Origin: Paramecium tetraurelia
Lineage: Eukaryota
DNA length: 64,000 nucleotides
Direction of reading: 5' to 3'
Assembly: GCA_000165425.1 (NCBI GenBank)
Contig: CT868011.1
Coordinates: 1-64,000 of the forward strand
Both the position numbers and the translations under genes were made by a program. Shown piece by piece: positions 39,777 to 52,378 of this stretch (the first letter of the stretch is position 1; each line of letters opens with the position of its first letter). The notes beneath the pieces were generated by a model that worked only from the letters and a program-made list of their open reading frames with translations, was not told the origin of the DNA and did no database searches.

Positions 39777-40802
39777 ATGAGTCTAGACAAATAATCAAGG
39801 CAATATGAAGTTATCTTGGAAATTGGTTGTGCATACACAAAAGTAGGATTTTCATTAGATACTCAACCTAAGAAAGTGATTAAATTGAATTTTGAGAAGC
39901 CTCTCCAGAAATCAAGATTATCTTATGAATTGACAGTGGAAGAGAAATTGTATCAGATCTTTAATGTTGACATGGTATGTAATTTAAAAGGAAGATCAGT
40001 TGCTTTGATTTATAATTATTATAACAATGAAGAAATGTATAATGTGATAGCATATGTGCTATTTTACAAATTTGAGGTAGCGAAGATAGCATTTTTAATT
40101 GGCAATGTACTTCCTCTTTACATGACAGGACATTACTCGGGTCTTGTGATTGATTTGGGATACAATGCTTCAACTGTTAGTGCTGTTTATGATGGATACT
40201 CCTTATTGCATTAGACAGGTTATATCGGTGAAGGCGGAAGAGAGGCAGCCAAAAGGGTTCAGATGTTGTTGCCTGATTATTAATGGGAGCAATTGGAAGA
40301 TATTGCAGTTAAGCATGCTAAAGTGTTAAATGCAGGAGATGTCGATGATAAATAGAAGATCAAACTAAGACATGCAGAAATCTCAGAATTTGAATTGGCA
40401 AAATGTTACACTGACACATATTTTGGAAATTATAAGGATGAGGAGTCTAATATAGCATATGGATTTTTGAAGATTGTCTCTTAAATTAAGGACAGGGATA
40501 TCATTACTAAGATGGCTTAAAATATTGTAATTACTGGGGGAGCAAGGAAAATACCTAACTTATTGCTGAGATTCAAGACTGAATTATTATAATTGTTGGA
40601 ATCTGAATTCTCATCATTTAGGAATATCAAGTTCTACATTACTAATTTGATAGCTTAGAACTCGAGTTGGGTTGGCGGTGCTCTCATTGTTCAAATTGGG
40701 GGGTATGACAGATTTATTGTAACTAACTCTAAATTTAGGGAGAACGGAAATATGTTCTGCACAAGATCAGACGCATATAATTTTATTTCTATTAAACCGT
40801 GA
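39777..40802 (+). CDS. Divergent actin-related protein (Arp10/ACTR10-like)
   Basis: Intronless 341-aa ORF: VILEIGCAYTKVGF, SGLVIDLGYNASTVSAVYDGY, NIVITGG, SWVGGAL. Confidence 0.75.
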
Positions 40803-40870
40803 GATTGTTGTATATTATGTTATTTATCAATTTTATTTGTTCCTTGTTTTTTAATTAGTTATTTTTGTTG

Positions 40871-42287
40871 ATGACTGACTAGATTACTAATAAAATTCTT
40901 GAATCTTATGGGTAATATCATTTCTTATTCCAAGTTTTAAAGGCGCTTAACCTCAATTCAAGAGCGTTATATATCCTATTGAACAATTAAAACACTCCAT
41001 TGAGGATCATCAATTGAAATAGATCTCTCCTGAGTTATAATAAATTCTAGAAAGTGAAAGAGCCAGAGAAATGGTCCAAAAAAGGGGCATCACCCTTGAC
41101 AGGACCAAAGAATTCTTTCAGGAGAAAATTAAAGAATATAATGCTATTATTGATTTATAACATTTGAGATCTGGACAATCTTACGTAACTCCAAAAAAGG
41201 AAAATGTTTTCAAAAGACATACAGCGGACTAGGGAGAAATCACAAATTATCATTTCGTCTTAAATTGGCAAAATTTGAATTTGGTATTCGATGAAATAGA
41301 AAATTCAAACAAAAGAGCAAAATCGTAACTTCAATCAAGAACTCCAGATCAATCTTCCAGTCAAATAAGCAAGCCTTAAATATCTGTCAAAACTTCGAAT
41401 AAAAAGGGAAGCCTGGTCAACAGATTGGATAAGAAGTTCAATGATTACGATACGAAAATGTCTTAGTCAATTGCAACCAATTTGCCAGAATCAAGACGGT
41501 TTTCCATGTTTGTTGAAACTCCACAATAAGGAAGTAAGAATTGTATAAGAATTATCTAGTTAATAGACGAAATAGTCTATATCCGTAAGCTGCTAAAAAA
41601 TTTGTGAAATTTCATAACTTTATGAGAACTGTAAATACTCTGACTAGGTAGCCTGAGGAAAAGAATGAGACTGAAAATAGATAGGTTAAGTTTCAAACAT
41701 ATATTTAGGATTTGATAAAAACCTATATCAATGACGCATTCAACAAAGAAAGATAGCCCACCGATGCTTCCCAAAGAGAAAGATCAAAGTCTTAACAATA
41801 ATACAGAAAAAGGAACCAACAGATGATAGAGCAATTAAACCAATCGAATCAAAACTGCGCTGTCTAGAATCGAGAATGTGACATTATGAATAATGATATA
41901 CCAATTTACGAAGATATTTGTAATAATATATGATAATTAGAGTTTAAAACTGTTGATCACAATTAGACTAAATAGATCAAAGAACGAAGGAATAGGATAG
42001 TCCAATCAGTGAATTCAAGAATGCAACCAAAATACATACATTTAGGTGGGAGTCGATATGCTGTTAAGAATAACTTTATAAATTAATAAAACTATCAAAC
42101 AACAATCAACAACTTATTGGTGAATTAAATCAAAGAAGAGTTTAAGAAATTAAAAGCCTTTGATGATGGAATAGATTTGGAGGTTTTGGAAGGTCCTCCT
42201 AAAAAGATTGATTATCATTCTTCTAATCTGAATTAAGATTACAATGATGTGAAAGTATCAAAAATTGTATAGAAAATGAAAAGATGA
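40871..42287 (+). CDS. Hypothetical protein
   Basis: Starts MTDQITNKILESYG|FKGAQPQF; long open frames joined by tiny introns (not all resolved); ends KMKR-TGA. Confidence 0.5.
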
Positions 42288-42354
42288 CATGATTGTATCT
42301 TTATTTTTATACTAATGAAAGTGATATAAACATTTGAATTAATTTTATATTTTT

Positions 42355-42962
42355 ATGAAAAAGTCCAAAGGCAACACATCTGTTGATTGTCTTTACATGG
42401 AATCCATGTTAAACAAGTAGATCAGATCAAATATACGTATGATACAAAACAAGATTTTAAGTCCAATGCTCTTGACTCCAAAACCTCAATCATAAAATTA
42501 ATAGAGAAAAATTGCAAGTAGATTAAATAGTTAGTGTAAGAAGATTTAAAGGATGAGCAACAAATGATTATCCAGTTTCAGGACAATAAGATTTTAATGA
42601 GTTAGTTATATTAACCGGTGGTTATCCATTCTCATAGAGTTCTTTAGAGCAATAAAAATTGCACTTTAGAGAGTCCTAAGTTTAAAAGGAATTGCATTCA
42701 TTTGGATAGTGGATAGCTTGCTTTAAAACATTCCCATTACTTAAAAAGAGGAGGTTAAACTGCCCAGACAATTTAGTAACAATAGGAAACAAAACCATGG
42801 CACCCATTCATTCGAATGAGGAGGAAAAATTTGATACAAAACATACTTGAATCAAAATTCACCCAAGAATCATAGCCAATTTTAGGAAGTACTTGTTTTT
42901 AACCTATCGCTGATTTAAGCGGATGGCAAACATAGGAAGATCCTTAAATTGAAATTTAATGA
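42355..42962 (+). CDS. Hypothetical protein
   Basis: Starts MKKSKGNTSVDCLY; one 23-nt intron near 42518-42540; ends ADLSGWQTQEDPQIEIQ-TGA. Confidence 0.5.
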
Positions 42963-43000
42963 TTGTAATTAAAATTTATAGATTTGTCTAATTCTGTAAA

Positions 43001-45506
43001 TCATAACCTGTATCGTGAATGCTGTTGAGTTAAGGGTCTAATTAAAAGATTTGGTTGAGATTCAAATTTGCTAGAGATTATTCTTTTTGATTAATTCATT
43101 TTTTTGACTTCTTATAAGTAATGTTATTTATATTCATCTCGTTCTTTTATTAACGTATTCAGATCATTACTTGATTGCAGAATCTCTAATTCAGTTACTC
43201 TTTTCTGCAATTCTTTCTCCCTTGCTAAAACTGAGACTAATTCATCTCTTATCATGCTAGCAAATTATCTTACTGTAGGTTCTGGCATTTTAGTGAGATT
43301 CATTTTAATATTGTTATTTTCTAGAAATTACGACATTTGTAAAGGTTTTGGAGCTAACTTTTCTTTGATTGCATCTAATTTAGTATTTTTAAGACTTCTT
43401 TAATCAAGATACTTAAAGAGACTTAGGAATCATTTTAAAATTTACTTTTTGAATTTGTTTCTAGTAGGAATGTTAGGTTTATCCATTGCTGGAATATTAA
43501 ATGATCTGATTCCAGAACTATAAGCACCATTTTCAATTTTCTCAATAACTCTAAATGTTTTCATAACAACATCATATAACTCAAATAATTCAACCTTCAT
43601 GTCCTTTATTTACATTCTATAACAATAAAGGTGGGATGATTACTTCTTTTTTTCTTGATATTTTTTAAATTAGTGAATAAAGTGATCTATCTCTTCATTT
43701 TTCTTTTCTAAGTATTTCTCGTATTAATTTGTGCTATCTTACAAAAATTTGGTGTACTCAGCCTTTAAATTGTCCATTTGTTATTTATATCTAATTTAGA
43801 ATAGAATGCATACTCTTTTTCTAATTCATTTTTTACCTATCTCTTAATGTCTTCATGCTTCTGCACCTCCTAAGTCTTTGTCTAGATGTTTTAAGGTAAA
43901 TTTATAATAACATTCACTTTCTTCTCAATCACTTGCTGATGTTCTTTTAATTGTTTTTTCACAGTATCTAAAATCTTATCGTTTTTTTCTTATTCAATCT
44001 ATTCTAGTTGTTGTTTTCCTTTCAGCCTACTGTTCCTTCAACTTTCTGATTTCTTCTTTTTATTCTATGTTCTTGCATTATTGTCTCTCCAATTTAATAC
44101 TTTCTTCCTTCTTCATTAGTTCTTTTTCCTTCTACAGCTTCTCAATCATATATTCTGCCTCTTTTACATAGTTCGAAAGAGTCTCTACTTTTTGCATAGC
44201 ATCCTTCTGAATTTTGTATTTCTACAATTCTTAAGCACCCATTCTAGCAAAGAGCTTCTCTAAGTCGACGTCTATTCCTAATAAATTTTAGATTTCAGAT
44301 AGTTTCTATTTATGTTCCTTTTAAAGAAAATCTACCTTCGCCTTCAATTCAGTATTTTCGTCTTACAGTTTCTTAATCAACTTATCCTACCCAGGGAAAG
44401 GACCTGGTTAATTCGAATTATCATCTATTGGCTGCGATGCTGTTATTCCTTTGGTCCTTTCTGCATATTGTAAGGCTGACAAACATTCTTCAAAATTATT
44501 TTCATTTGGGTTGATATGCACCATTAATGCAATTTAACTTTAACTATTGAGACAACTTTATAAGATTCTCGTCAGTTTAGAGTCTCGATATGGTATGTTT
44601 TTAGAATTCATCTGAGAAATAGCAGTCAAACATTTCGATAAGGCAGTCAAGCTTTAATTAATCAAAATAGCCTCCTAGAACTATCCTTCTTGTGTCAAAC
44701 TCTTGGCTATTCTTTCAGAACCTGCCAAATCTACAAATTAGATGAATGCATTCATAAATTGCAGATTCTAGTTCTCCTTATCCTTTTAAACTAGGGTCAA
44801 AGTGATTACAGTGTGACACTTCTATCCAAATGATTTACTTTACTATTCAAGTTTCTCTCTCATTTGAAAACCCATTTATATCATATCTGTCAATTCTTTA
44901 GCCGATCTTATTGCTATTTATGAGATGTCTTTAATCAATAACTGCCCATCGTGGTTTTCATATACGCTTAGATTTTCATTCTCATAATTCTAAATTAATT
45001 GATTCATATTCCCAGAATCACGCTATTTGTAAGCCTTACCTAAGTCTCGCACTTAATCCAAGAATAATTCAGCCATCGTAGCAGTTATCTCGAATTCTCG
45101 GATCTCCTCAAATTCTTATGCTTTAGAAAGAAGATAATCTATGGCTCCTGTTATAATGCCCCTCTTGTCTGGCTTATTTTCTTCTCCTTCTTAGCCGAAC
45201 AATGTGTAGCTCTTCCCACTTCCAGTCTACCCATAACTCAATATACAAGAATTGTGACCCTCTATCAGTTTCTGTAACATAGGCTCAATCACTTTGTACA
45301 CATGTTCCTAAGTGGTGCACACAGAAGAGAATGAAACAATCTTGCTTTCTGCATTTTTGTTTGTTGGATCCTTAAATTAAATAGTTGTGTACTCTTATTG
45401 AAATACTCTCATTTGTGAAGTCAACCATCTTCTATTAATAATCAATCGGTCTCACCCTGGCAAATATCTTATAGTTTTGATTAGCATTGGTAATTCTGTT
45501 TTGCAT
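43001..45506 (-). CDS. Kinesin family protein (N-terminal motor, coiled-coil tail)
   Basis: KIFARVRP, P-loop SYGQTGSGKSYTLFG, switch II FVDLAGSER, INQSLTALSKC, IPYRDSKLTRILQ, ALQYAER; long coiled coil; tiny introns. Confidence 0.92.
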
Positions 45507-47932
45507 TTCTTATAATAATTTATTTTAATTAAGTTCAAATATCATACATAAAGATCAAATATAAAGAAAGAGTTTACAAAATCTATTTAGTAAAATGAAA
45601 TGCTTAACGCATAAAATGAAACATTATCAAATTAAAAAGCTCGATTATTTTGTTACTCGATGAAATTGGAAATACAACCTAAAGATTTATAAAATAAGCT
45701 TAAATATACATATTTTTTCAAAAACTATCCCATTTGAAGTTTAATCTTCCTATTCTCAAGGAGAGTTTACAATTAATTTACTATATTACTTAATGTATCT
45801 CAGCATATTTCTTAGGGTCATTTACATATCTTTTCACTTGAAGAATTGTTTTTTCAAAAATTGAAGAGCATTTTATTATAAAGTTCATAAAGAAGCTTAA
45901 GTTATCTATTATTTTCGTTTAGTTTCAATATATTATAAAAATGCTGGTCATGTTTAGATTATTTTATTTATAAATAAATTTTTGTATTTAATATCATTAT
46001 AATTTTAAACAGATTGAGTTTATATATAAATTAATATATAAGTATATGAAGTAGAGCATATTAAATTAAATGTAAAATTTAAAAGGTTAGAAATATAATT
46101 CAAAATTAGAAATGTATTTTAGAAGGAATTTAAATTTTTTTTATCAACATTAAACTCATATTTGTACAAATAAAACTAAAGCAATACAATGTTTTAGTGT
46201 TATTATAATTTTCAATTTCTTTGTTTTACGAACTCTGTCTAATATTAACTGATTGAATACTAATATTAAATGAATTTCAAAAACATAAAAAGCAGAAAAA
46301 TTATTTATTTTATTTTTATATTATTTAGAAGAGTATTATATTTAAACACCTCTGTCTCATTTATTTATTTATTTATATTAAAGAAAATGAAATTCTTAAG
46401 TGATGTTATCAGTTGAAAATTTATTCATTATAAGTGTTTAAGTGGCATTATATTAGTACCGTATATTTTTAATTAGTTCAGTTTTATAAACATAAAGAAA
46501 TAGCAACTGAGAGTAAGGATTTTCGGTTAATTATTTAACAAATATCTCTCTAAATATTAAAGTTATGCAGTTTTAATCTGGTTTTAGTTGCATAGTGTGA
46601 ATAATTTTATTAAAATAATTTTCCAAAAATTATCTACCTGTCAATCTCCAAATAAAGATGAATTAAAATGATAAAATAAAAGGATCTGAATTATTAAGAA
46701 TAACTAGCCTTGAGATCTAGGAAGAACCTTAGACTATTATCTGGAATGGCCATTCCAATACTGAAATTTAGATATTTGTAGATGAATCATTTGGCAGTTA
46801 GATGTCATCATAGAGTTTAATAAAATACAAGAGGACCCTGGCAGCAAAGATCTTAAAACAGTGATTCTGAGTTATGAATATCATCTTCATTTAAGACAAT
46901 TTTCATACAACATAATCTATTGTTTAATAAGTTGTCTACGATTGAATCCCAATTATCCTGAGGCCTATTGAGTTGAATTGATTGTGTATATATGCTCAGT
47001 TAATAAAGTATTTAATGGATCAAAAAAAATTTAGCTGGATTCAAAAATTTGGAATATGAGATATTATAAGAAACTAATAATTATATATTAATTTAAATTT
47101 ATTAACTAAAGTCAGAGTTTGAAGATATTCTAATAAATAATTGGCATTACTCTTTACACCCTATTTTCATCTATCGATTAGATGTTGTAATTGGGAGTTT
47201 AGTAAGGGAGAGCAGAAGAATATTTTTCAAATTATTAATTTAATTACATACCAAATATTTAATTTACAATAAGATTAGTAACTTGAGATTCAGCATTAGT
47301 CATGTGAAACTATTATTAAAGCCACTAATATTGATATTTGTCAAACCGCATCCTATTAAAATAAATTTTCTAGAACAACTAATAAATCTTGTGAGTGTTT
47401 ATTTTACAAATTACTATCATAGAATATCCATCCTAATTATAGCATAATAACTATTAAATTTATGAAAGATAATCAAATGTGCTCCTTCTTTATTTATTCA
47501 TCTCTATGATAGTAAGTGTGAGTAATTTAGATTAATCATAATAATACTAGTATAATTGTTGGTAATCTTATTTACACCCGCTTGACAAGCTTATCTAGCA
47601 GCAAATCAAATAGTGTGCGATTAGAATATTAAAAAAAAGGCTAATTTCCATTTATTTATAGAGACATCAAATTTTAGTAAGAAGTTCGTTTTGAGAAGGG
47701 AGGAACTGTTAAGTGGAATAATTCATGGTACTTTTTTAGCTAAACTTTACTTCTTAAATGAATTATATAAATATAATTTTTATTTTTGCACATTAAAATA
47801 ATTAGGATATAAGAATATCATTCAAGACATCTTTACTTTGAGGTTTGATCATATTGAGTATATTGATATTTTTGTTATGAATACATATTTAAGTTAGAAT
47901 TGATAACATAGATATTTTTGATTAATTTAAAT

Positions 47933-49432
47933 ATGCTCATATCTGGAATGCAATTGAGGCATTCGCTGACTCCTCGTTTCTTCGCAGGAGTGTTCAACAA
48001 GCGTAAGCCAACCAAGAAGGATTTAGACCATTATGATATAGTGGTGATCGGTTGCAATTTAGGAGGAGTGTTGAGTAGACAACTTGATAAGGTACATTTG
48101 TAAAGTTTAACTCGGCATAGGTTTCTCATGGAAAATATAAGATTATGGTTGTTTTGGATTAGAATATCAATCAAATTACTCCAATTAGATAGATCTATGA
48201 ATAATAGAAGACAGCCAAGACAGATTTCTTGCTCAATGCTAAATTGTCACTCAACATGTACACTGCCCACTCAGATCAAGTTGGATGTTCAACAATATTA
48301 CCTGAAGAGAATGCCATAGTTTTGCGTAATGGTCGTAGAATTGGCTATAATTAATTGGTTGTTGCAATGGGTATAATCCTCAATAAATTCCAATAGGTCA
48401 GCAAGTCAATTACGATGCAATCAAGGGATTTGAAGAAGCTTGGTAAGACTTCGATTCCCCAGTGTTCACAAACCTTGATCACCCAAGTTGGAGATCCTCC
48501 AATCATAAATACACAAGATGGCATTACAATTTCAATCATGGTGAAGCATATTTCTGTATTCCTCAATTCCCCTTCAGTGGTGAGGTTGAATCCTACAACT
48601 TTTTGTTGAGTCAAAGAATCTGGGAATGGCAAACAGCAAATGGACGTCAATCACCAATCAAAAAGTTCACGATCATCCAACCAAATGAGCGATTTGTTCA
48701 ATACAATGATGCTGGAGATTCCTTCTTCAAAGAAGAATTAAAACGCAGAAACATCAATGTTGAATACGGACTGAAATTGGTTGAAGTCAACAAACAATAC
48801 AATACTGCCACTTTCGAAGACGTCAAGACTGGAAACAGACAGACTAGAAATTTCAATCATCTCTATGCTGTTGCTCCAACAAAGGCTCATGAACCACTTG
48901 TCAAGGCTGGATTGACAACATCAAAAGGATTATTGGATGTCAACATCAAGACATTGTAGCATAATAAATAAAAGAACATTTTCGGACTTGGTGATGTCAA
49001 CGATCTTCCAACTACAAATTGTTTCTGGGCTGGATTCCACTAACTCCACGTTGTTAGAAATAACATCGAAAGAAACATAGCTGGAAAATCACTGAATGCT
49101 GAATATGATGGATATAGCAAAGTTCCCATCATCTTAGGTTAGAACACACTCACATTCTTATGTCACAAATACAATAATGAAAATGCTTGGCACAACCTCT
49201 ACTTCTCTAATGGGGGTTTCTTGGCTGCTTTGAGGTAATTGTTCCTTGTTATTCAAGATATTATAATTGGTGCAAGAACTTCAAGAAGGCCTTTATTGAC
49301 ATCTATTTGGAAAAGAATTGGGGACCTCCCTATTACAAACTTAAGAAGAGTTTCAAATTGCCTGAAGGTGAGAAGGATGATCATGGATTCTTATCCAAAT
49401 TGTTGCCAGGCAAGAAGGACAGTCATCATTGA
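47933..49432 (+). CDS. Sulfide:quinone oxidoreductase-like mitochondrial protein (candidate ATP synthase subunit ATPTT1 orthologue)
   Basis: Mitochondrial-type N-terminus; YDIVVIG, YNQLVVAMG|QQVNYDAIKG, GLLDVNIKTLQH..NIFGLGDVNDLPT, YDGYSKVP are typical of the SQOR fold; three tiny introns. Confidence 0.85.
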
Positions 49433-49461
49433 TATAAATCAATAATATAAAAAATATAATA

Positions 49462-50114
49462 ATGATTAAATTATTTGCTTAGAAGGTGCTCCAATTACAA
49501 TTTTAACCTCTCTATCAATTTAATAGATTTGCAGACAAATTACAAAAGAAGCAACAAGACAATTAGAAATAAGAATTCAAAAAAGAATTGGAATTCCTCG
49601 CTAGCAAAGTATATTCACAATTGCACATAGCCACAATTTACACTTATCGATTTTAGACAAAGAGCACTCGATGGGTTGCATAAATTAAAAAAAGGATTCA
49701 AGTATTAAATCTCTTCAGGAAACGAGGAGACTGAATAGCAATTGACATTACAGAAGCAAGTCTTAAATGCCATGTTTGATGAGGAATTGTTGAGTCCAGA
49801 TGATTTGAGTGGAGATGTAAGTGTAGACTAATAACAAGCAAAAAAAAGAAATAGCTATGGTTGCCTAAGTGGAAGTGCAATAAGTGAATTTCGTGTTGAG
49901 TCAATATAGTCAGATAAGGAACATGCATTCGTGGGTGAGGGACATGAAGGAGAGAGGAGAACCTATGCCTGACAACCAGGAGGACATGATGTACAGGTAC
50001 AAGAGAGACAAGCCAATAAAGAAATCTTTCATCAAATTTGAAATGAAGAGATAAAATTTCTCAATGAAGCAAAGGTTATAAAAGTTGAAATGGGGTCCTC
50101 GTAAGGAAGTGTGA
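49462..50114 (+). CDS. SRP54/Ffh M-domain-like mitochondrial protein (candidate mitoribosomal mL105 orthologue)
   Basis: Presequence-like MIKLFAQKVLQLQFQPLYQFNRF; then FTLIDFRQ..QVLNAMFDEELLSPDDLSGD|QKKEIAMVAQVEVQQVNFVLSQYSQIRNM, which aligns by eye to the M-domain; no GTPase domain; two tiny introns. Confidence 0.7.
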
Positions 50115-50177
50115 TATTTGATAAGTGTGCGCAATTATAAATATTTAAATATTTATGATTATCATTATTATAATTGA

Positions 50178-52378
50178 TCATAATGTGAAAACTAACATGA
50201 TAAAACTAGCCACCAATAGTTGAGCATAAACGATAGTGTCATTTTTGTAGTTCAAGTCAGTGCTTACATTAGTTGTTTATCCATAAGCATACTATAAAAA
50301 TATAAACAAGTATAAATACTCCAGCATAAGGTTAGACTGATTAGAAGCAACGATTCTAGATCATGTGGAATCCATATTTGCAAATAGCGCATCCAGAAGA
50401 ATGAATATGGCTTATCAGTGGAAAGTGTTGAATTCAATTTAACAGCACAATTGGCTTGATTAAGAGGCACACAACCTCCTTATTGGAAGACGTATCCATC
50501 AATACAAGTTAAACAAACCTATCCAGGTGATGCACAAGTGGCACAACCGAATTAACAAGCGACACAAGTAGCTTAGGCAGTCTTAATACCAGAATATTGG
50601 AAGTATCCGTCCATACAAGCTTTGCAAGTCTAAGGATTAAACTTATAATTACTGTTGAATTGTCGCATGATGCACAATTGGTTTGACATGGTTGACAGGC
50701 TGCTCCTGATAAGTAATATCCAGTATTGCATTTGGTACAGGTAGTATTGGATGAGCATTCTAAACAACCACCACTTGCAGAACATGTGGCGCAAGTGGCT
50801 GAACTTGCTGAACTTGCTGCTTATAAGAAATATTTTTATGAGCATCCAGTACAGGAAATAGGTGTTGAAGATGATCCACCACATTTATTACATTGTGAAG
50901 AGAGTTGTGTTTTAGCTCCAGCCTATGGTGGGCAAGATAAACAAGTTCCTCCTTCATATGCACCGAAATTCTTAACACATGTGGCACAAAACATTGTTTG
51001 AATTAGTTGATGTGTTAGTCAAAGTCAAACATGCTTATATTTGTACAGCGGCTATGCATGTAGGAGTAGCAACACCGTTTGTAGTAATATTGACTAAGAA
51101 GTAGCCATCGACACATTAAGTGACTTAAACTGTTGTATATGAGGGAGTATCTTATGGACCTCCACATCTCAACCATCCAGTTGATTAAGGATATGAAGAG
51201 CAGGCTGAGCAAGTGACGATGTTACTTTAATCCTTGATTGCATAGTAGAACTCTTAGCATTTTGTGCATGAAACAGTAGTACCATTGATTGTGCATGAAG
51301 CGCAACCTGTACCACATGGAGTGCAAGTCTTTGGAGTTTAGGTGTTCAAAACATATATGCTTACACATGATGTGCAATTCTAATTATTATCCATTTGAGT
51401 GCAGCCTTCAGGTAATTTTTAACAGGTTGAATTTACCAAAGCATATCCAGATACACATGCTAAACATGTTGTTGAATTTTAACATTTTGTACAAGTGAGA
51501 CTTGGCTAGCATGAGGCACAAGTCTAAAATATATATATTACTAAATTTTACTGTTATTCCATTAGTGGTACTAATAAAGTAACCATCTGCACATGTAGTA
51601 CAATTTGTACTGTTTGTGCAACTTGTACAAAAATCTAGGCATTTCTAACAAGTTCCAGATCCATCTGTTGTTGATCCTGTTGTCAATCCACTGAATGACC
51701 AAAAATACCCGCCATAACATTGTGTGCAAGTGTTTCTATATAATCATATTAAAATAATACGCTGAAGGACAATTCATACATCCTGCTATGCCACATGGAT
51801 TGCAAAAACCATCGAAGTAATTGTAGTATTAGTCGGATGAGCTTGATACTGAGGGAATATAATCCCAATTTAAGTAATGTCCAGAAGAACATTGAGTACA
51901 TACATATCGAGTACTACTATAGACTGTACAGGCCTAATTCTCAACGCATACTCCAGCAATCAAACTGAAACCTGAGTCACATTTACCACACACATAGGCG
52001 TTGGCTCCTGTGTTTAATGAGTAGCTCAAACATCCATTTGGCATATTCACACATATTCTAAATTTATATTAACATTCTCTACCCATTTAGCTATGTCCAT
52101 CCTGGACTACAAGTTAAAGACCCAGTTTAGTAATAATCTGTACACTGATAAAATCCTCCCTCTATTGGTTGACAAGGTTAGCATGATTGCCCAGCCCAAT
52201 AGTAACCTTTTATTTAATATAGAATAATACCATTCATGCATTAGAATGCTTGACGTGTTGATTAACCAACTTTCAAAGCACCAGTAGCTAAACAACTTAA
52301 ATATGTGCAATCCAGAGGTGGTGATTATTGTCCCAAAACACCTATCAGCAAAATTGAGGCGATGAGTACTTTATTCAT
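50178..52378 (-). CDS. Cys-rich (furin-like repeat) secreted, probably GPI-anchored surface protein
   Basis: Signal peptide MNKVLIASILLIGVLG; CxxCxxGYY repeats; hydrophobic C-terminus VYAQLLVASFIMLVFTL-TGA; several tiny introns. Confidence 0.85.
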
